64,000 nucleotides of DNA from an uncultured Eubacteriales bacterium (GCA_964638835.1 CAZWZB010000014.1:18258-82257), one strand, 5' to 3'; positions 38,141 through 47,873 are shown, numbered from the stretch's first letter. A program made the numbers and translations. The notes: generated from the letters alone by a model not told the origin.

Positions 38141-40174
38141 TTATTTTGTATTTATATTAAGAACACCATCTACTACAGTAACTACATAGTCACTATATAA
38201 TAAGTTAAATAATTCAGCCGGAACATATAAGTTTCCTTCTATAAATGTTGGTGTTGCCCCTAATTCAAATGCTGCTGTTAAACCAATTGCTTTACTACTT
38301 GCTTTATAATAACTATCTTTACCTACTGTAACAGAAGTTTTAATTTCTCCATTATCTAAAGTTGCAGTATTTGTTTTACTATCCCATTGAATTTCAAAAC
38401 CAAGTTTTTCTGCAACTACTCTAAGTGGAATCATGCCATTACTATTAATCATTCTAAAGCCTTTACTTCCTAAATTAACAGTTTCTCCATTTATACAAAT
38501 GTTTTTGTCATCTGTTATAATTTGAACAGAATAAATTTCTTCTGGTATTGAGTTTAAATCTATTTCATTAGATTTATTAACTAAAATATCTTCAACTTCT
38601 CTTTCTGGTAATAATAAAACTTTATCTGTATTTGCCATTGCTGGTATACTTGCTGTTACAATGTCATACCAAGCAAATAATATACTTCCTGTTTTTATAT
38701 CATCTACTGTTACTATATTTTTAGTTTTAAATGGTGTAATTACAGCATCTTTATTTATAGTTATTAAAAAGCTTTTATCAACACTTTCTACTGTGATAGT
38801 ACCATCTTCATTTTCTAAAACTTCACCTACTTGAATATATTGTGGTGACATAGGTTCTTCTTCATTCTCTACTACTATAGCATAAGTGTAAGTTTGAGGT
38901 GGTAAACTAAAAGTCATTGCTTGACTATGAACAACTTTAATTTTGGCATCTGCTTTTAAGTCTTCTAAATTAACAGCAGTACCTGTTGTATCAATTATAA
39001 TTGTATCTTCATCTATATTTAAAGAAACTTCTGTTTTATTAAATTCATCTTCTACTAAAATAGATTTATATTCTTCATTAATTATTTCTTTAACAACTGC
39101 TCTCATTTCAACTACTTGTTGAATAAATGGCATTACCACTGGATTTTGTTCTTCTTCAACTTCATTTTTAATATCTTCTGGTAATAACATAACTTTAGTT
39201 GCAGTTGCTTGAGCTGGAAGACTCATTGTCATAATGTCATACCAAGCAAATAATTTTGTACCTTCTTTTATATCACTTGCTGATACTATATTTTTTGTAT
39301 TAAAAGGTATAAACTCAGTATCTTCAGTTAATCTTATTATATAATTTCCATCAGCACTTTCTAATACAGTAGTACCATTTTCTAATTCAACTTTACTAAC
39401 TTCAATATATTGGGGTACTGCAACATTTTCATTGTTATTTACCACTATAGAATAAGCATATGTTTGAGGTGGTAAGCTTCTTGTCATAGCAGCACTATGT
39501 ACTACATTTATTTTATCATTTTCTTTTAAATCTTCTAAATTAACAATCTTACCTGTTGCATCAATTATAACTGTTTCTTTATCTATATTTAAACAAATTT
39601 CTGTTTTACTATTTTCATCTTCAATTAAAATAGATTTTCCGTCATTTACTTCTTTAACTATACCATTTATTTGTATTGTTTGTGGTGCTTGTGGTACAAC
39701 TGGCATTAAGTCATCAGATGTAGTTTCATTTTTATTACCATTAGAATTACTAGGTAATGATTTAGCTGCTATAATTTCAATAGCATTTGTTTGAGGTGGT
39801 AAACTTCTTGTCATAGTATTTTGGTATGTAACAGAAATTGTATCTCCCTTTTTAATAGTAGCATTTAAGTTTGTAGATTTACCAGTTAATGGGTCCTTAA
39901 CAATACTCTCATCATTAATTTTTAATAAAATATCCATAGCATTTTCATCTGTTGTTGTTACAAGAAGTTTAACCCCTGAAAAATCTTTGTCGTTTTTGTC
40001 ATTTCTAATTATTTCTTTAACTATTACATTTGTAGTAGTTGTTGATTGTACATCTTGTGAACTAACAACAGGAATAGTTGTATTATTTACTGCTTTTCCA
40101 AACGCCATAGCTGAGGAAGACATTATAAACGTGGCTCCTAATACAATTGCTGTTACCTTTTTAAAATTTTTCAT
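38141..40174 (-). CDS. Secreted modular repeat protein with C-terminal copper-amine-oxidase N-terminal-like domain
   Basis: Signal peptide. Repeated ~100-aa modules are marked by MT(R/F/M)SLPPQT-type motifs, six occurrences including degenerate ones. C-terminal IPLRVVAEKLGFEIQWDSKTNTATL. Start trimmed to the ATG after AAGGAG. Confidence 0.7.
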   Translation of the reverse strand: MKNFKKVTAIVLGATFIMSSSAMAFGKAVNNTTIPVVSSQDVQSTTTTNVIVKEIIRNDKNDKDFSGVKLLVTTTDENAMDILLKINDESIVKDPLTGKSTNLNATIKKGDTISVTYQNTMTRSLPPQTNAIEIIAAKSLPSNSNGNKNETTSDDLMPVVPQAPQTIQINGIVKEVNDGKSILIEDENSKTEICLNIDKETVIIDATGKIVNLEDLKENDKINVVHSAAMTRSLPPQTYAYSIVVNNNENVAVPQYIEVSKVELENGTTVLESADGNYIIRLTEDTEFIPFNTKNIVSASDIKEGTKLFAWYDIMTMSLPAQATATKVMLLPEDIKNEVEEEQNPVVMPFIQQVVEMRAVVKEIINEEYKSILVEDEFNKTEVSLNIDEDTIIIDTTGTAVNLEDLKADAKIKVVHSQAMTFSLPPQTYTYAIVVENEEEPMSPQYIQVGEVLENEDGTITVESVDKSFLITINKDAVITPFKTKNIVTVDDIKTGSILFAWYDIVTASIPAMANTDKVLLLPEREVEDILVNKSNEIDLNSIPEEIYSVQIITDDKNICINGETVNLGSKGFRMINSNGMIPLRVVAEKLGFEIQWDSKTNTATLDNGEIKTSVTVGKDSYYKASSKAIGLTAAFELGATPTFIEGNLYVPAELFNLLYSDYVVTVVDGVLNINTK

Positions 40175-40309
40175 TATAAGCACTCCTTAAATTTTTATAT
40201 AAATTTGTTTTATAGGTGTTAGACGCTCTTAATATAATTAAGTTCCACAATAAAAAAATTTTTTATTATATATTTTTTCCATATATGAATTTTTGTTGTT
40301 CCTCATAGA

Positions 40310-40367
40310 GAACAGGTTTATCTGTTCCGCTTTATGATAGATTTTAGGAACGCATAAATGCGTTCCT
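40310..40367 (-). repeat. Two adjacent GGAAC-type hairpins (family 2)
   Basis: GAACAG-GTTTAT-CTGTTC (40310-40327) and AGGAACGCAT-AA-ATGCGTTCCT (40346-40367). The first, with its flanks, matches 51926-51960 and 59450-59480 in reverse complement. Confidence 0.6.
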
Positions 40368-40426
40368 ACTTTTTTAATAGAATTATTATTTTGTGGGTGT
40401 ATTAAAGAGTGGTTTTGTACCACTCT

Positions 40427-40966
40427 TTAATTTTTCAATACATTTATATTTTTTACTATATAATCTACACCTGAAATAATCGTAAATGCTACTGCAAGAG
40501 CTAAAAGTAAATTATTTATAGCTACAAATATAACACCACTAAAATCAGCTAATAAAAAAATAACCATTAACATTTGACTTATAGTTTTTAGCTTCCCCCA
40601 CCAACTAGCAGATATAACTACTTTATTAGAGACTGCTATAAGTCTAAATCCTGTAATTATAAATTCTCTAGCTACAATTATTATAACTACCCATGAAGGT
40701 ATATTCCCAAGTTCTACAAGAGCTATCATAGCAGATACAACAAGTAATTTATCGGCTAAAGGGTCCATAAATTTACCTAAATTTGTAACCATATTTCTTG
40801 ACCTTGCTATGTAACCATCTAATGCATCAGATAATGAGGCAATAACAAATATAACTAATGAAATATATCTATTAAGTGGAGTTGGAAATATACTACTTAA
40901 TAATATAACAATAAATATTGGTACCATCAAAACTCGTAATAAAGTAATTTTATTTGCTAAGTTCAA
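40427..40966 (-). CDS. pgsA: CDP-diacylglycerol--glycerol-3-phosphate 3-phosphatidyltransferase
   Basis: CDP-alcohol phosphatidyltransferase motif DALDGYIARSRNMVTNLGKFMDPLADK. Overlaps the rimO stop by 4 nt. Confidence 0.9.
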   Translation of the reverse strand: MNLANKITLLRVLMVPIFIVILLSSIFPTPLNRYISLVIFVIASLSDALDGYIARSRNMVTNLGKFMDPLADKLLVVSAMIALVELGNIPSWVVIIIVAREFIITGFRLIAVSNKVVISASWWGKLKTISQMLMVIFLLADFSGVIFVAINNLLLALAVAFTIISGVDYIVKNINVLKN

Positions 40967-42300
40967 TTTATCTTCACTCCTACTAAATCATAATCTGTAG
41001 CTTGATTTATATGGACATTTATAAAGTCACCTGAAATAAGTTCTTCATCTGAATTTATAAATACAAGTCCATCTATATCAGGAGCATCTTTGTATGTTCT
41101 TCCACAATAAACATTATCTTCTGGTAATTTACCTTCTACTAATACTTTAAATGTTTTACCTATTGTTTCTTCACATTTTTCTGCTGATATAAACTTTTGT
41201 ATATCCAAAATAATTTCTTTTCTTTTTAATTTAGTATTTTCGTCAATTTGATTTTTAAATTTACTAGCAGGAGTATCTTCTTCTTGCGAATATGTAAATA
41301 CTCCCAATCTTTCAAACTTTATATCTTTTATAAAATTTACCAAGTCATTGAATTCTTCTTCTGTTTCTCCCGGAAATCCTGTAATTAATGTTGTTCTAAG
41401 TACTATATCAGGTATTTTCTCTCTTATTTTAGAAATAACTTCTTTTAATTTTGTTTGTGTACTTTTTCTAGCCATTCTTTTTAATACATCATCATTAGCA
41501 TGTTGTATTGGAATATCTAAATAATTACATATTTTAGGCTGAGATGCAATAACCTCTATTAATTCATCTGTTATTTGTTCAGGATAAACATATAATAATC
41601 TAATCCATTCTAAGCTTTCTATACTAGAAAGTTTTTTTAATAACTCCGGTAATTTTTTTTCTCCATATAAATCTATACCATATGAAGTAGTATCTTGTGC
41701 TACTATTATAAGTTCCCTAACACCTTTATCTACAAGAATGTTAGCTTCTTCAAAAAGACTTTCAATTGTTCTACTTCTATATTTTCCCCTAATTTTTGGT
41801 ATAATACAATATGTGCAGTTATTATTGCAACCTTCTGCAATTTTTAAATAAGCATAATATCCAGCTGTACTTAAAAATCTAGTGTAAGAATTTTCTTCAT
41901 TAATAGTGTAATTTAAATGATTAAAGTTTTCTATTTTTTTACCTTTTAATACTTCATTTATAGTATCAACTATTTTTTCATAGCTTGTAGTTCCAAGTAT
42001 AGCATCAACTTCAGGTAATTCAACAAACATATCTTTTTTATAGCGTTCTGCCATACAGCCAGTTACAATTAAAGCTTTACAATTACCAGTAGTTTTGTAT
42101 TTACTTAATTCTAATATATTTTCAATACTTTCTTCTATAGCATCTTGGATAAAACAACAAGTGTTAACTATAATAACATCTGCCTTTTGTTCATCAGATA
42201 TAATATTGTATCCTGCTTTATTAATTAATCCAAGCATAACTTCACTATCTACCAAATTTTTATCACAACCAAGCGAAACAAATGCAATATTAACTTTCAA
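40963..42300 (-). CDS. rimO: Ribosomal protein S12 methylthiotransferase RimO
   Basis: N-terminal MTTase domain (VSLGCDKN), radical-SAM CNNNCTYC, C-terminal TRAM. Confidence 0.9.
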   Translation of the reverse strand: MKVNIAFVSLGCDKNLVDSEVMLGLINKAGYNIISDEQKADVIIVNTCCFIQDAIEESIENILELSKYKTTGNCKALIVTGCMAERYKKDMFVELPEVDAILGTTSYEKIVDTINEVLKGKKIENFNHLNYTINEENSYTRFLSTAGYYAYLKIAEGCNNNCTYCIIPKIRGKYRSRTIESLFEEANILVDKGVRELIIVAQDTTSYGIDLYGEKKLPELLKKLSSIESLEWIRLLYVYPEQITDELIEVIASQPKICNYLDIPIQHANDDVLKRMARKSTQTKLKEVISKIREKIPDIVLRTTLITGFPGETEEEFNDLVNFIKDIKFERLGVFTYSQEEDTPASKFKNQIDENTKLKRKEIILDIQKFISAEKCEETIGKTFKVLVEGKLPEDNVYCGRTYKDAPDIDGLVFINSDEELISGDFINVHINQATDYDLVGVKIN

Positions 42301-42350
42301 GGATACACCTCTTTTCTAATTTGTATTTTATACTTAGTTAAATTGAAAGT

Positions 42351-43190
42351 TTATATACATTTTTCAATTTTAACTGCTTTTAAACAATTTTTCATAAGCA
42401 TTGCTATAGTCATAGGTCCAACTCCACCCGGAACAGGTGTTATAGCTTTAGCAATTTCTTTACAACCTTCAAAGTCAACATCTCCACATAGTTTACCAGT
42501 ATCAAGCTTATTTATTCCTACATCTACAATCACTACATCTTTTTTAATCATATCTTTAGTTAAAAAGTTAGCTTTTCCTATTGCAACAATGATTATATCG
42601 GCTTGTTTACAAATAGACTTTAAATCAACTGTTTTAGAATGGCAAATTGTAACTGTAGCATTTTCATTTAATAATAATTGTGCTACTGGTTTACCTACTA
42701 TATTACTTCTACCTATTACTACGCAATTTTTCCCTTCTATTTTTATATCATAACGTTTTAATAATTCTATAATTCCAGCAGGTGTGCAAGGAAGGAATGT
42801 ATCTTTACCTATATTCATATAACCTATATTTATTGGATGAAATCCATCTACATCCTTTTCAGGTAAAATAGAAGCTATAATAGTTTGTTCATCAATATGT
42901 TTTGGCAGTGGTAATTGAACCAAAATTCCATTAACTTCTTTACTTTTATTTAATTCATCAATAATTTTAAGTAATTTATCTTGAGTTGTTTCTTCTGGTA
43001 ATTCAAATGATATAGAACGTATTCCTGTATATTCACATGCTGTTTTTTTATTCTTTACATATATACTAGATGCAGGATTATTACCAACTAATACTACTGC
43101 TAATGTGACTTCTATGTTTTTTTGTTTTAATTTTGCTACTTCAAGTTTTACTTCATCTTTTATAATTTTTGAAATTGCTTTTCCGTCCAT
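42351..43190 (-). CDS. folD: Bifunctional methylenetetrahydrofolate dehydrogenase/cyclohydrolase
   Basis: 279 aa with VIGRSNIVGKPVAQLL and PGGVGPMT. Confidence 0.93.
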   Translation of the reverse strand: MDGKAISKIIKDEVKLEVAKLKQKNIEVTLAVVLVGNNPASSIYVKNKKTACEYTGIRSISFELPEETTQDKLLKIIDELNKSKEVNGILVQLPLPKHIDEQTIIASILPEKDVDGFHPINIGYMNIGKDTFLPCTPAGIIELLKRYDIKIEGKNCVVIGRSNIVGKPVAQLLLNENATVTICHSKTVDLKSICKQADIIIVAIGKANFLTKDMIKKDVVIVDVGINKLDTGKLCGDVDFEGCKEIAKAITPVPGGVGPMTIAMLMKNCLKAVKIEKCI

Positions 43191-43429
43191 CTCTTCACCT
43201 CTTTAGTTATATTTTTCATAGTAATAAAATTTGCAAACGCCTTCAATTTTCCTTGACACTTTAAAAAAAGTGTCAAGGATTTTTAATCCCCATTAGTTAG
43301 TAATTTTATAAATTTTATTACCAACATATTTGAATAGTAGTGGCAACCTACGGTCGACCTAAAAGAATTTAAGAAACTTTTTTTATAGAATAAAGGAAAT
43401 GATATTGTTTTTATTAGCTTCTATAGTAA

Positions 43430-45100
43430 TTAGAATAAACCTATAATATTTCCTTCTTCATTTATATCTATATTAACTGCTGCTGGTTTTTTTGGTAATC
43501 CCGGCATAACCATAATATCCCCTGCTAATGCTACTATAAATCCAGCCCCTGCTGAGATACTTATATCTTTTATATTTATAGAAAAGTTTTCAGGTCTTCC
43601 TAAAAGTTTAGGATTATCTGATAATGAATATTGAGTTTTAGCAATACATATTGGTAGTTTATCCAAATTCATTTTTTCTATTAACTTAATATTGGATAAA
43701 GCTTTAGTTTCTAATGTAATATTACTTGCTCCATATATTTCTTTTGCTATAATATTTATTTTCTCAATTATAGGAAGATTTTGGTCATATAATACATTGA
43801 AATTTGATTTTTTAGTTTCTAAAGTTTCTAAAACTTTTTTTGCTAATTCAATTCCACCATTTCCTCCCTTTGCCCATACTTCTGATAATGCAAATGTACA
43901 GCCCATATCTTCACAATTCTTTTTAACATATTCTACTTCTGCTTTCGTATCAGAAGTAAATGCATTTAATGTAACTACAACAGGTACATTATATTTTTGT
44001 ATGTTTTCAATATGCTTTTGAAGATTTACAAATCCTTTTTTTAGTGCATCAATATTTTCAGTACCTAAATCCTCTTTTAATACTCCTCCATTATATTTTA
44101 AAGCACGTATTGTAGCTACTAAAACAACAGCATCTGGTTTTAAATTAGCTTTTCTGCATTTAATATCAAAAAATTTCTCTGCTCCTAAATCTGCACCAAA
44201 TCCTGCTTCAGTAACTACTACATCAGAAAGTTTCATTGCAAGTTTTGTTGCTTGAATACTATTACAACCATGTGCTATGTTTGCAAAAGGTCCACCATGT
44301 ATAATAACTGGATTTCCTTCTAATGTTTGTACTAAATTAGGTTTAATAGCATCTTTTAAAAGTACAGACATTGCACCATCTGCTTTTAAATCATGAGCTG
44401 TAACAGGTTCACCTGAATATGTATATGCAACAATTATTTTACCTAATTTTTCTTTTAAATCTTCTAAATTTTCAGCCAAACAGAAAATAGCCATAATTTC
44501 AGATGCAACTGTTATTTGAAAGTGGTCTTCTCTTGGAACACCATTCATTTTACCACCAAGTCCAACAGTTATATTTCTCAAAGCTCTATCATTCATATCT
44601 AATGCACGTTTCCAAACAATTTGTCTAGGGTCAATATTTAATTCATTTCCTTGTTGTAAATGATTATCTATCATAGCAGAAAGTATATTGTTTGCTGTTG
44701 TAATTGCATGAATATCTCCAGTAAAGTGAAGATTTATATCTTCCATAGGAACGACTTGTGAATATCCGCCACCAGTTGCACCTCCTTTTACTCCCATACA
44801 TGGACCTAATGATGGTTCACGTAAAGCAATTACTGTTTTTTTATTTAATAAATTTAAAGCTTCACCCAAACCAATTGTTGTAGTAGTTTTCCCTTCACCT
44901 GCTGGAGTAGGATTTATTGCTGTAACTAAAACAAGTTTTGCATCTTTATTGTTTTTAACTTTTTCAAAAACTTTTTGTGAAAGTTTAGCTTTATATTTGC
45001 CATAAAGTTCTAAGTCGTCAAAGTCAATTCCTATTTTTTGTGCAACCTCCATTATAGGTTTTATTTCCGTTTCTTGTGCAATTTGAATATCGCTTTTCAT
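43430..45100 (-). CDS. fhs: Formate--tetrahydrofolate ligase
   Basis: 556 aa with [14 protein letters not shown]. Confidence 0.95.
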   Translation of the reverse strand: MKSDIQIAQETEIKPIMEVAQKIGIDFDDLELYGKYKAKLSQKVFEKVKNNKDAKLVLVTAINPTPAGEGKTTTTIGLGEALNLLNKKTVIALREPSLGPCMGVKGGATGGGYSQVVPMEDINLHFTGDIHAITTANNILSAMIDNHLQQGNELNIDPRQIVWKRALDMNDRALRNITVGLGGKMNGVPREDHFQITVASEIMAIFCLAENLEDLKEKLGKIIVAYTYSGEPVTAHDLKADGAMSVLLKDAIKPNLVQTLEGNPVIIHGGPFANIAHGCNSIQATKLAMKLSDVVVTEAGFGADLGAEKFFDIKCRKANLKPDAVVLVATIRALKYNGGVLKEDLGTENIDALKKGFVNLQKHIENIQKYNVPVVVTLNAFTSDTKAEVEYVKKNCEDMGCTFALSEVWAKGGNGGIELAKKVLETLETKKSNFNVLYDQNLPIIEKINIIAKEIYGASNITLETKALSNIKLIEKMNLDKLPICIAKTQYSLSDNPKLLGRPENFSINIKDISISAGAGFIVALAGDIMVMPGLPKKPAAVNIDINEEGNIIGLF

Positions 45101-45311
45101 AAATAAATGCTCCTTTTTGTAAAAGTATTAATCGTCTTGTTTTATTTTATCAGATTATTAACTACATATCAATACTTTATTTGTATACTTAATAAACTTC
45201 AAAAGTATATAAACATAGATTATACACAGCTTTCAAGCTTATATTTATATTTATAAACAACAAACTTTTAAAAATTCAATTGACCATATATGACATTATT
45301 TTTTATAAGTG

Positions 45312-45340
45312 TTGAAATATTGTTGAATTTGTAGTATAAT
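45312..45340 (+). promoter_or_regulatory. Near-consensus promoter of the small membrane-peptide gene
   Basis: TTGAAA (45312-45317), 17 nt, TATAAT (45335-45340). Predicted TSS near 45347. Confidence 0.55.
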
Positions 45341-45409
45341 AATTAAGCACCTTGTAAAGTGTCTTACACCTCTAAAGTTAGGGGTGATACTGTGTTACTA
45401 AAGACGTTA

Positions 45410-45450
45410 CTTACCCCCTTACTTGTTAATTAAACAGTAAAGGGGGTGAG
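45410..45450 (+). promoter_or_regulatory. SD-sequestering hairpin in the 5' UTR
   Basis: CTTACCCCCTTACTTG (45410-45425) pairs with CAGTAAAGGGGGTGAG (45435-45450). The 3' arm contains the SD AAGGGGGTGA, 3 nt before ATG 45454. Confidence 0.55.
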
Positions 45451-45453
45451 TAA

Positions 45454-45669
45454 ATGAAGAAGATAAATTTTAAGTTGTTTTCAACTAAATTATTTGATAT
45501 TAGATTATTTGAATTTAATTATGAGAATAAAACTGAAACTAAAGAAGAAAAGACAACAAAAAAGGAGCAACAAAAAAACCCTTTAATCGTTGATATCCTA
45601 AAGGGAATTTTTGTCAGCTTTGTAGCTAGTGTAATTTTACTAGCTATAAAATATTTATTGGGTCTTTAG
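45454..45669 (+). CDS. Small protein (71 aa) with Lys/Glu-rich middle and C-terminal TM helix
   Basis: MKKINFKLF...KEEKTTKKEQQKNPLIVDILKGIFVSFVASVILLAIKYLLGL. Strong SD. No family recognised. Confidence 0.55.
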   Translation: MKKINFKLFSTKLFDIRLFEFNYENKTETKEEKTTKKEQQKNPLIVDILKGIFVSFVASVILLAIKYLLGL

Positions 45670-45789
45670 CTACAACTAAAGATACTATAAAGGGTGTAGG
45701 ACACTTATAAGGTGTCCTTTTTTATATACTTTTATTATATAAAAAAAATAACTATTTGTAAATAGTTATTTTTAATATATCCAAAAAAT
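45541..45789 (+). repeat. Direct repeat, copy 1 (3' half of the small gene, its terminator and a downstream palindrome)
   Basis: Aligns with 46288-46520 at an offset of about 732 nt, with one ~14-nt indel and scattered substitutions. Includes the palindrome ATAACTATTTGTAAATAGTTAT. Confidence 0.85.
45699..45725 (+). terminator. Intrinsic terminator of the small gene
   Basis: AGGACAC / GTGTCCT stem plus a T6 run. An identical copy lies near 46431-46457. Confidence 0.65.
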
Positions 45790-45921
45790 AATATAATAAT
45801 AATATTTTTTTACTATGCCCTTATTTTATTTCAACAAAAAAACTGTCTTTCATCTTATTTTTAGCCATGGCATATCAGGAGTTTAGTACAATTTATATTT
45901 TGTGAATGGGAGGTGAAAATA

Positions 45922-46209
45922 GTGTTTATATATGCAGAAGTTGTTTTTTATTCCGGTAAACGCAAAAGCTTGCCTAAGAGTGGATACCGTCCAGATGCTG
46001 TTTTTAATAGTCTAAAAGATTACTGGGGTATTACTTTTCTTGATTTGTCTATTGAAGATTTTGATATGCCAACTCCTGCGATTTTTAAGTTTTCGTTTGA
46101 CAACTTACATTATAAAGAAATTACATTGGGGCAGACATTTCAGATAATGGAAGGGCCTCATCAGGTAGGAAAGGGTAAAATTATCTCAATAGAAACAGAT
46201 TATAAGTAG
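45922..46209 (+). CDS. Stand-alone EF-Tu domain-III-like small protein (95 aa)
   Basis: VFIYAEVVFYSGKRKSLPKSGYRPDAVF...GQTFQIMEGPHQVGKGKIISI parallels EF-Tu domain 3 (F.AEVY.L...GGR..PF..GYRPQFYF...G.RFAIREGGRTVGAGVV). GTG start 8 nt after GGGAGG. Confidence 0.5.
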   Translation: MFIYAEVVFYSGKRKSLPKSGYRPDAVFNSLKDYWGITFLDLSIEDFDMPTPAIFKFSFDNLHYKEITLGQTFQIMEGPHQVGKGKIISIETDYK

Positions 46210-46287
46210 CATTTACCTTTGATAAGTGTTTTTTTATATAGATATTATTAAAATGAGAAGAGTGGAAAAAATTATAGCTTACATTTT

Positions 46288-46520
46288 AAAGAAGAAAAGA
46301 CAACAAAAAAACCCTTTAGTTGTTGAGATCATAAAGGGTTTTTTTGCTAGCTTTGTAGCTAGTATAATTTTACTAGCTATAAAATATTTATTGGGTCTTT
46401 AGCTCTAACTAAAGATACTATAAAGGGTGTAGGACACTTATAAGGTGTCCTTTTTTATATACTTTTATTATATAAAAAAGATAACTATTTGTAAATAGTT
46501 ATTTTTAATATATCTAAAAA
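46288..46520 (+). repeat. Direct repeat, copy 2
   Basis: See copy 1. Contains a 49-aa ORF (46253-46402) ending in the same TM segment, but with no SD. Confidence 0.85.
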
Positions 46521-46557
46521 GTAATAATATATGCATTACATATTTTATATATTATTA

Positions 46558-47685
46558 TTAACTATTTACTTTCGTAAAATTTTCAGGATTTAAACATTCA
46601 AGTTCAGGTAGTACAAATTTACCATCTTTTCTTACCAAAACATCATCAAACCAAATCTCTCCTCCACCATATTCAGGTGTTTGTATACAAACTAAATCCC
46701 AATGTATAGCAGAGCGATTACCATTAAAAGCATCTTCATAAGAACTTCCCGGTGTTAAATGAAAACTTCCCATAATTTTTTCATCAAATAAAATATTTTT
46801 CATTGGTTCAAGTATATATGGGTTAACTCCTATAGCAAATTCTCCAATATATCTTGCTCCCTCATCAGTATCAAATATTTTATTTATTCTTTCACTATTA
46901 TTAGCAGTTGCTTCTACAATTTTACCATCTTTAAATGTTAATTTAACATTTTCAAATGTAAATCCTTCATATAAAGATGGGCAAGTATATAATAAAGTTC
47001 CATTTATAGAATCTTTAACAGGTGCTGTATAAATTTCACCATCAGGAATATTCATTTCACCTGCACATTTTATAACTGGTATACCTTTTATAGAGAATGT
47101 TAAATCTGTATCTTTTCCTTTTATATTGACCTTATCTGTTCTTTCCATTAAAGCTTTAAGTGGGTCCATTGCTTTTGACATTTTAGCATAATCTAAAGTA
47201 CATACATCATAAAAGAAATCTTCAAATGATTCCATACTTTTACTTGCCATTTGAGCCATAGCAGTAGTAGGAAATCTTAAAACAACCCACTTTGTTTTTG
47301 AAACGCGTATATTAAAATGAACTGGTATTCTATATAAGCGATTATATAATTCTATTTTTTCTTGTGGAATGTCTGCTCTTTCATATGCATTATCTACAGC
47401 ATTAAGCCCAATAAAAGCATCCATATCACTCATTCTAAGAGCGTCATATTTTGCCATATCTTTTAATTGTTCTTCTGTTGCATTCATAAGAAGTTCACGT
47501 TCTACTTGGCTATTAAATTGAACAACATAAGGAATTGCTCCAACTTTATAAGTTTCTTTTATTAATTGTTTAACTAATGGTTGTGATTCAACTCCATAAA
47601 ATTCTATAAGAACTTTTTCACCTTTTTTTAAATTACATGAGTAATTAATTAATCCCTCTGCAAGTTTTTTAATTCTTGAATCCAT
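46558..47685 (-). CDS. M29-family aminopeptidase (AmpS/PepS-like)
   Basis: 375 aa. MDSRIKKLAEGLINYSCNLKKGEKVLIE and the C-terminal HLTPGSSY...HWDLV are typical of aminopeptidase II. Confidence 0.8.
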   Translation of the reverse strand: MDSRIKKLAEGLINYSCNLKKGEKVLIEFYGVESQPLVKQLIKETYKVGAIPYVVQFNSQVERELLMNATEEQLKDMAKYDALRMSDMDAFIGLNAVDNAYERADIPQEKIELYNRLYRIPVHFNIRVSKTKWVVLRFPTTAMAQMASKSMESFEDFFYDVCTLDYAKMSKAMDPLKALMERTDKVNIKGKDTDLTFSIKGIPVIKCAGEMNIPDGEIYTAPVKDSINGTLLYTCPSLYEGFTFENVKLTFKDGKIVEATANNSERINKIFDTDEGARYIGEFAIGVNPYILEPMKNILFDEKIMGSFHLTPGSSYEDAFNGNRSAIHWDLVCIQTPEYGGGEIWFDDVLVRKDGKFVLPELECLNPENFTKVNS

Positions 47686-47829
47686 AATTTTAACAATCCT
47701 TTCTAATTTTAATGCAGTTTATTATACAACCTAAAATAAAATATTACAAGGCTTTATTTAATAATTGTAAGTTAAAGTAAAAAAGATTATTTATAAATAA
47801 TTTTGAGAGTGGTTAATAAAGGATAGATA

Positions 47830-47866
47830 AAAAAGAAGGGGCGACTACAGGTCGCCCCTTCTTTTT
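47830..47866 (-). terminator. Intrinsic terminator after the lipoprotein gene
   Basis: AAAAAGAAGGGGCGAC / GTCGCCCCTTCTTTTT, a G+C-rich stem flanked by A and T runs. Confidence 0.8.
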
Positions 47867-47873
47867 CAAATGG

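Noticed and set aside
40238-40423. Short track ORFs in intergenic hairpin regions (40238-40423, 4558-4752, 7411-7626, 45913 alternative start).
   Set aside because: They span terminator or repeat hairpins, have no SD, and their translations are low complexity.
42343-42753. 136-aa plus-strand ORF, plus many similar track ORFs (for example 1291-1476, 5558-6088, 9654-10478, 11012-11323, 13065-13337, 19367-19630, 20491-20754, 25834-26100, 31987-32349, 33983-34186, 43692-44021, 52879-54051, 60478-60780, 61742-62656, 63193-63447).
   Set aside because: All lie antisense to, or out of frame within, well-supported genes. They have low-complexity, Leu/Phe/Ile/Ser-rich translations expected from AT-rich antisense strands, and they lack SD sequences.
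46253-46402. 49-aa ORF in the second repeat copy as a functional paralog of the 71-aa membrane peptide.
   Set aside because: It has no SD and no promoter or leader equivalent, and its N-terminal part is unrelated. It is most simply a duplication remnant. It is kept only as a note in the repeat feature.
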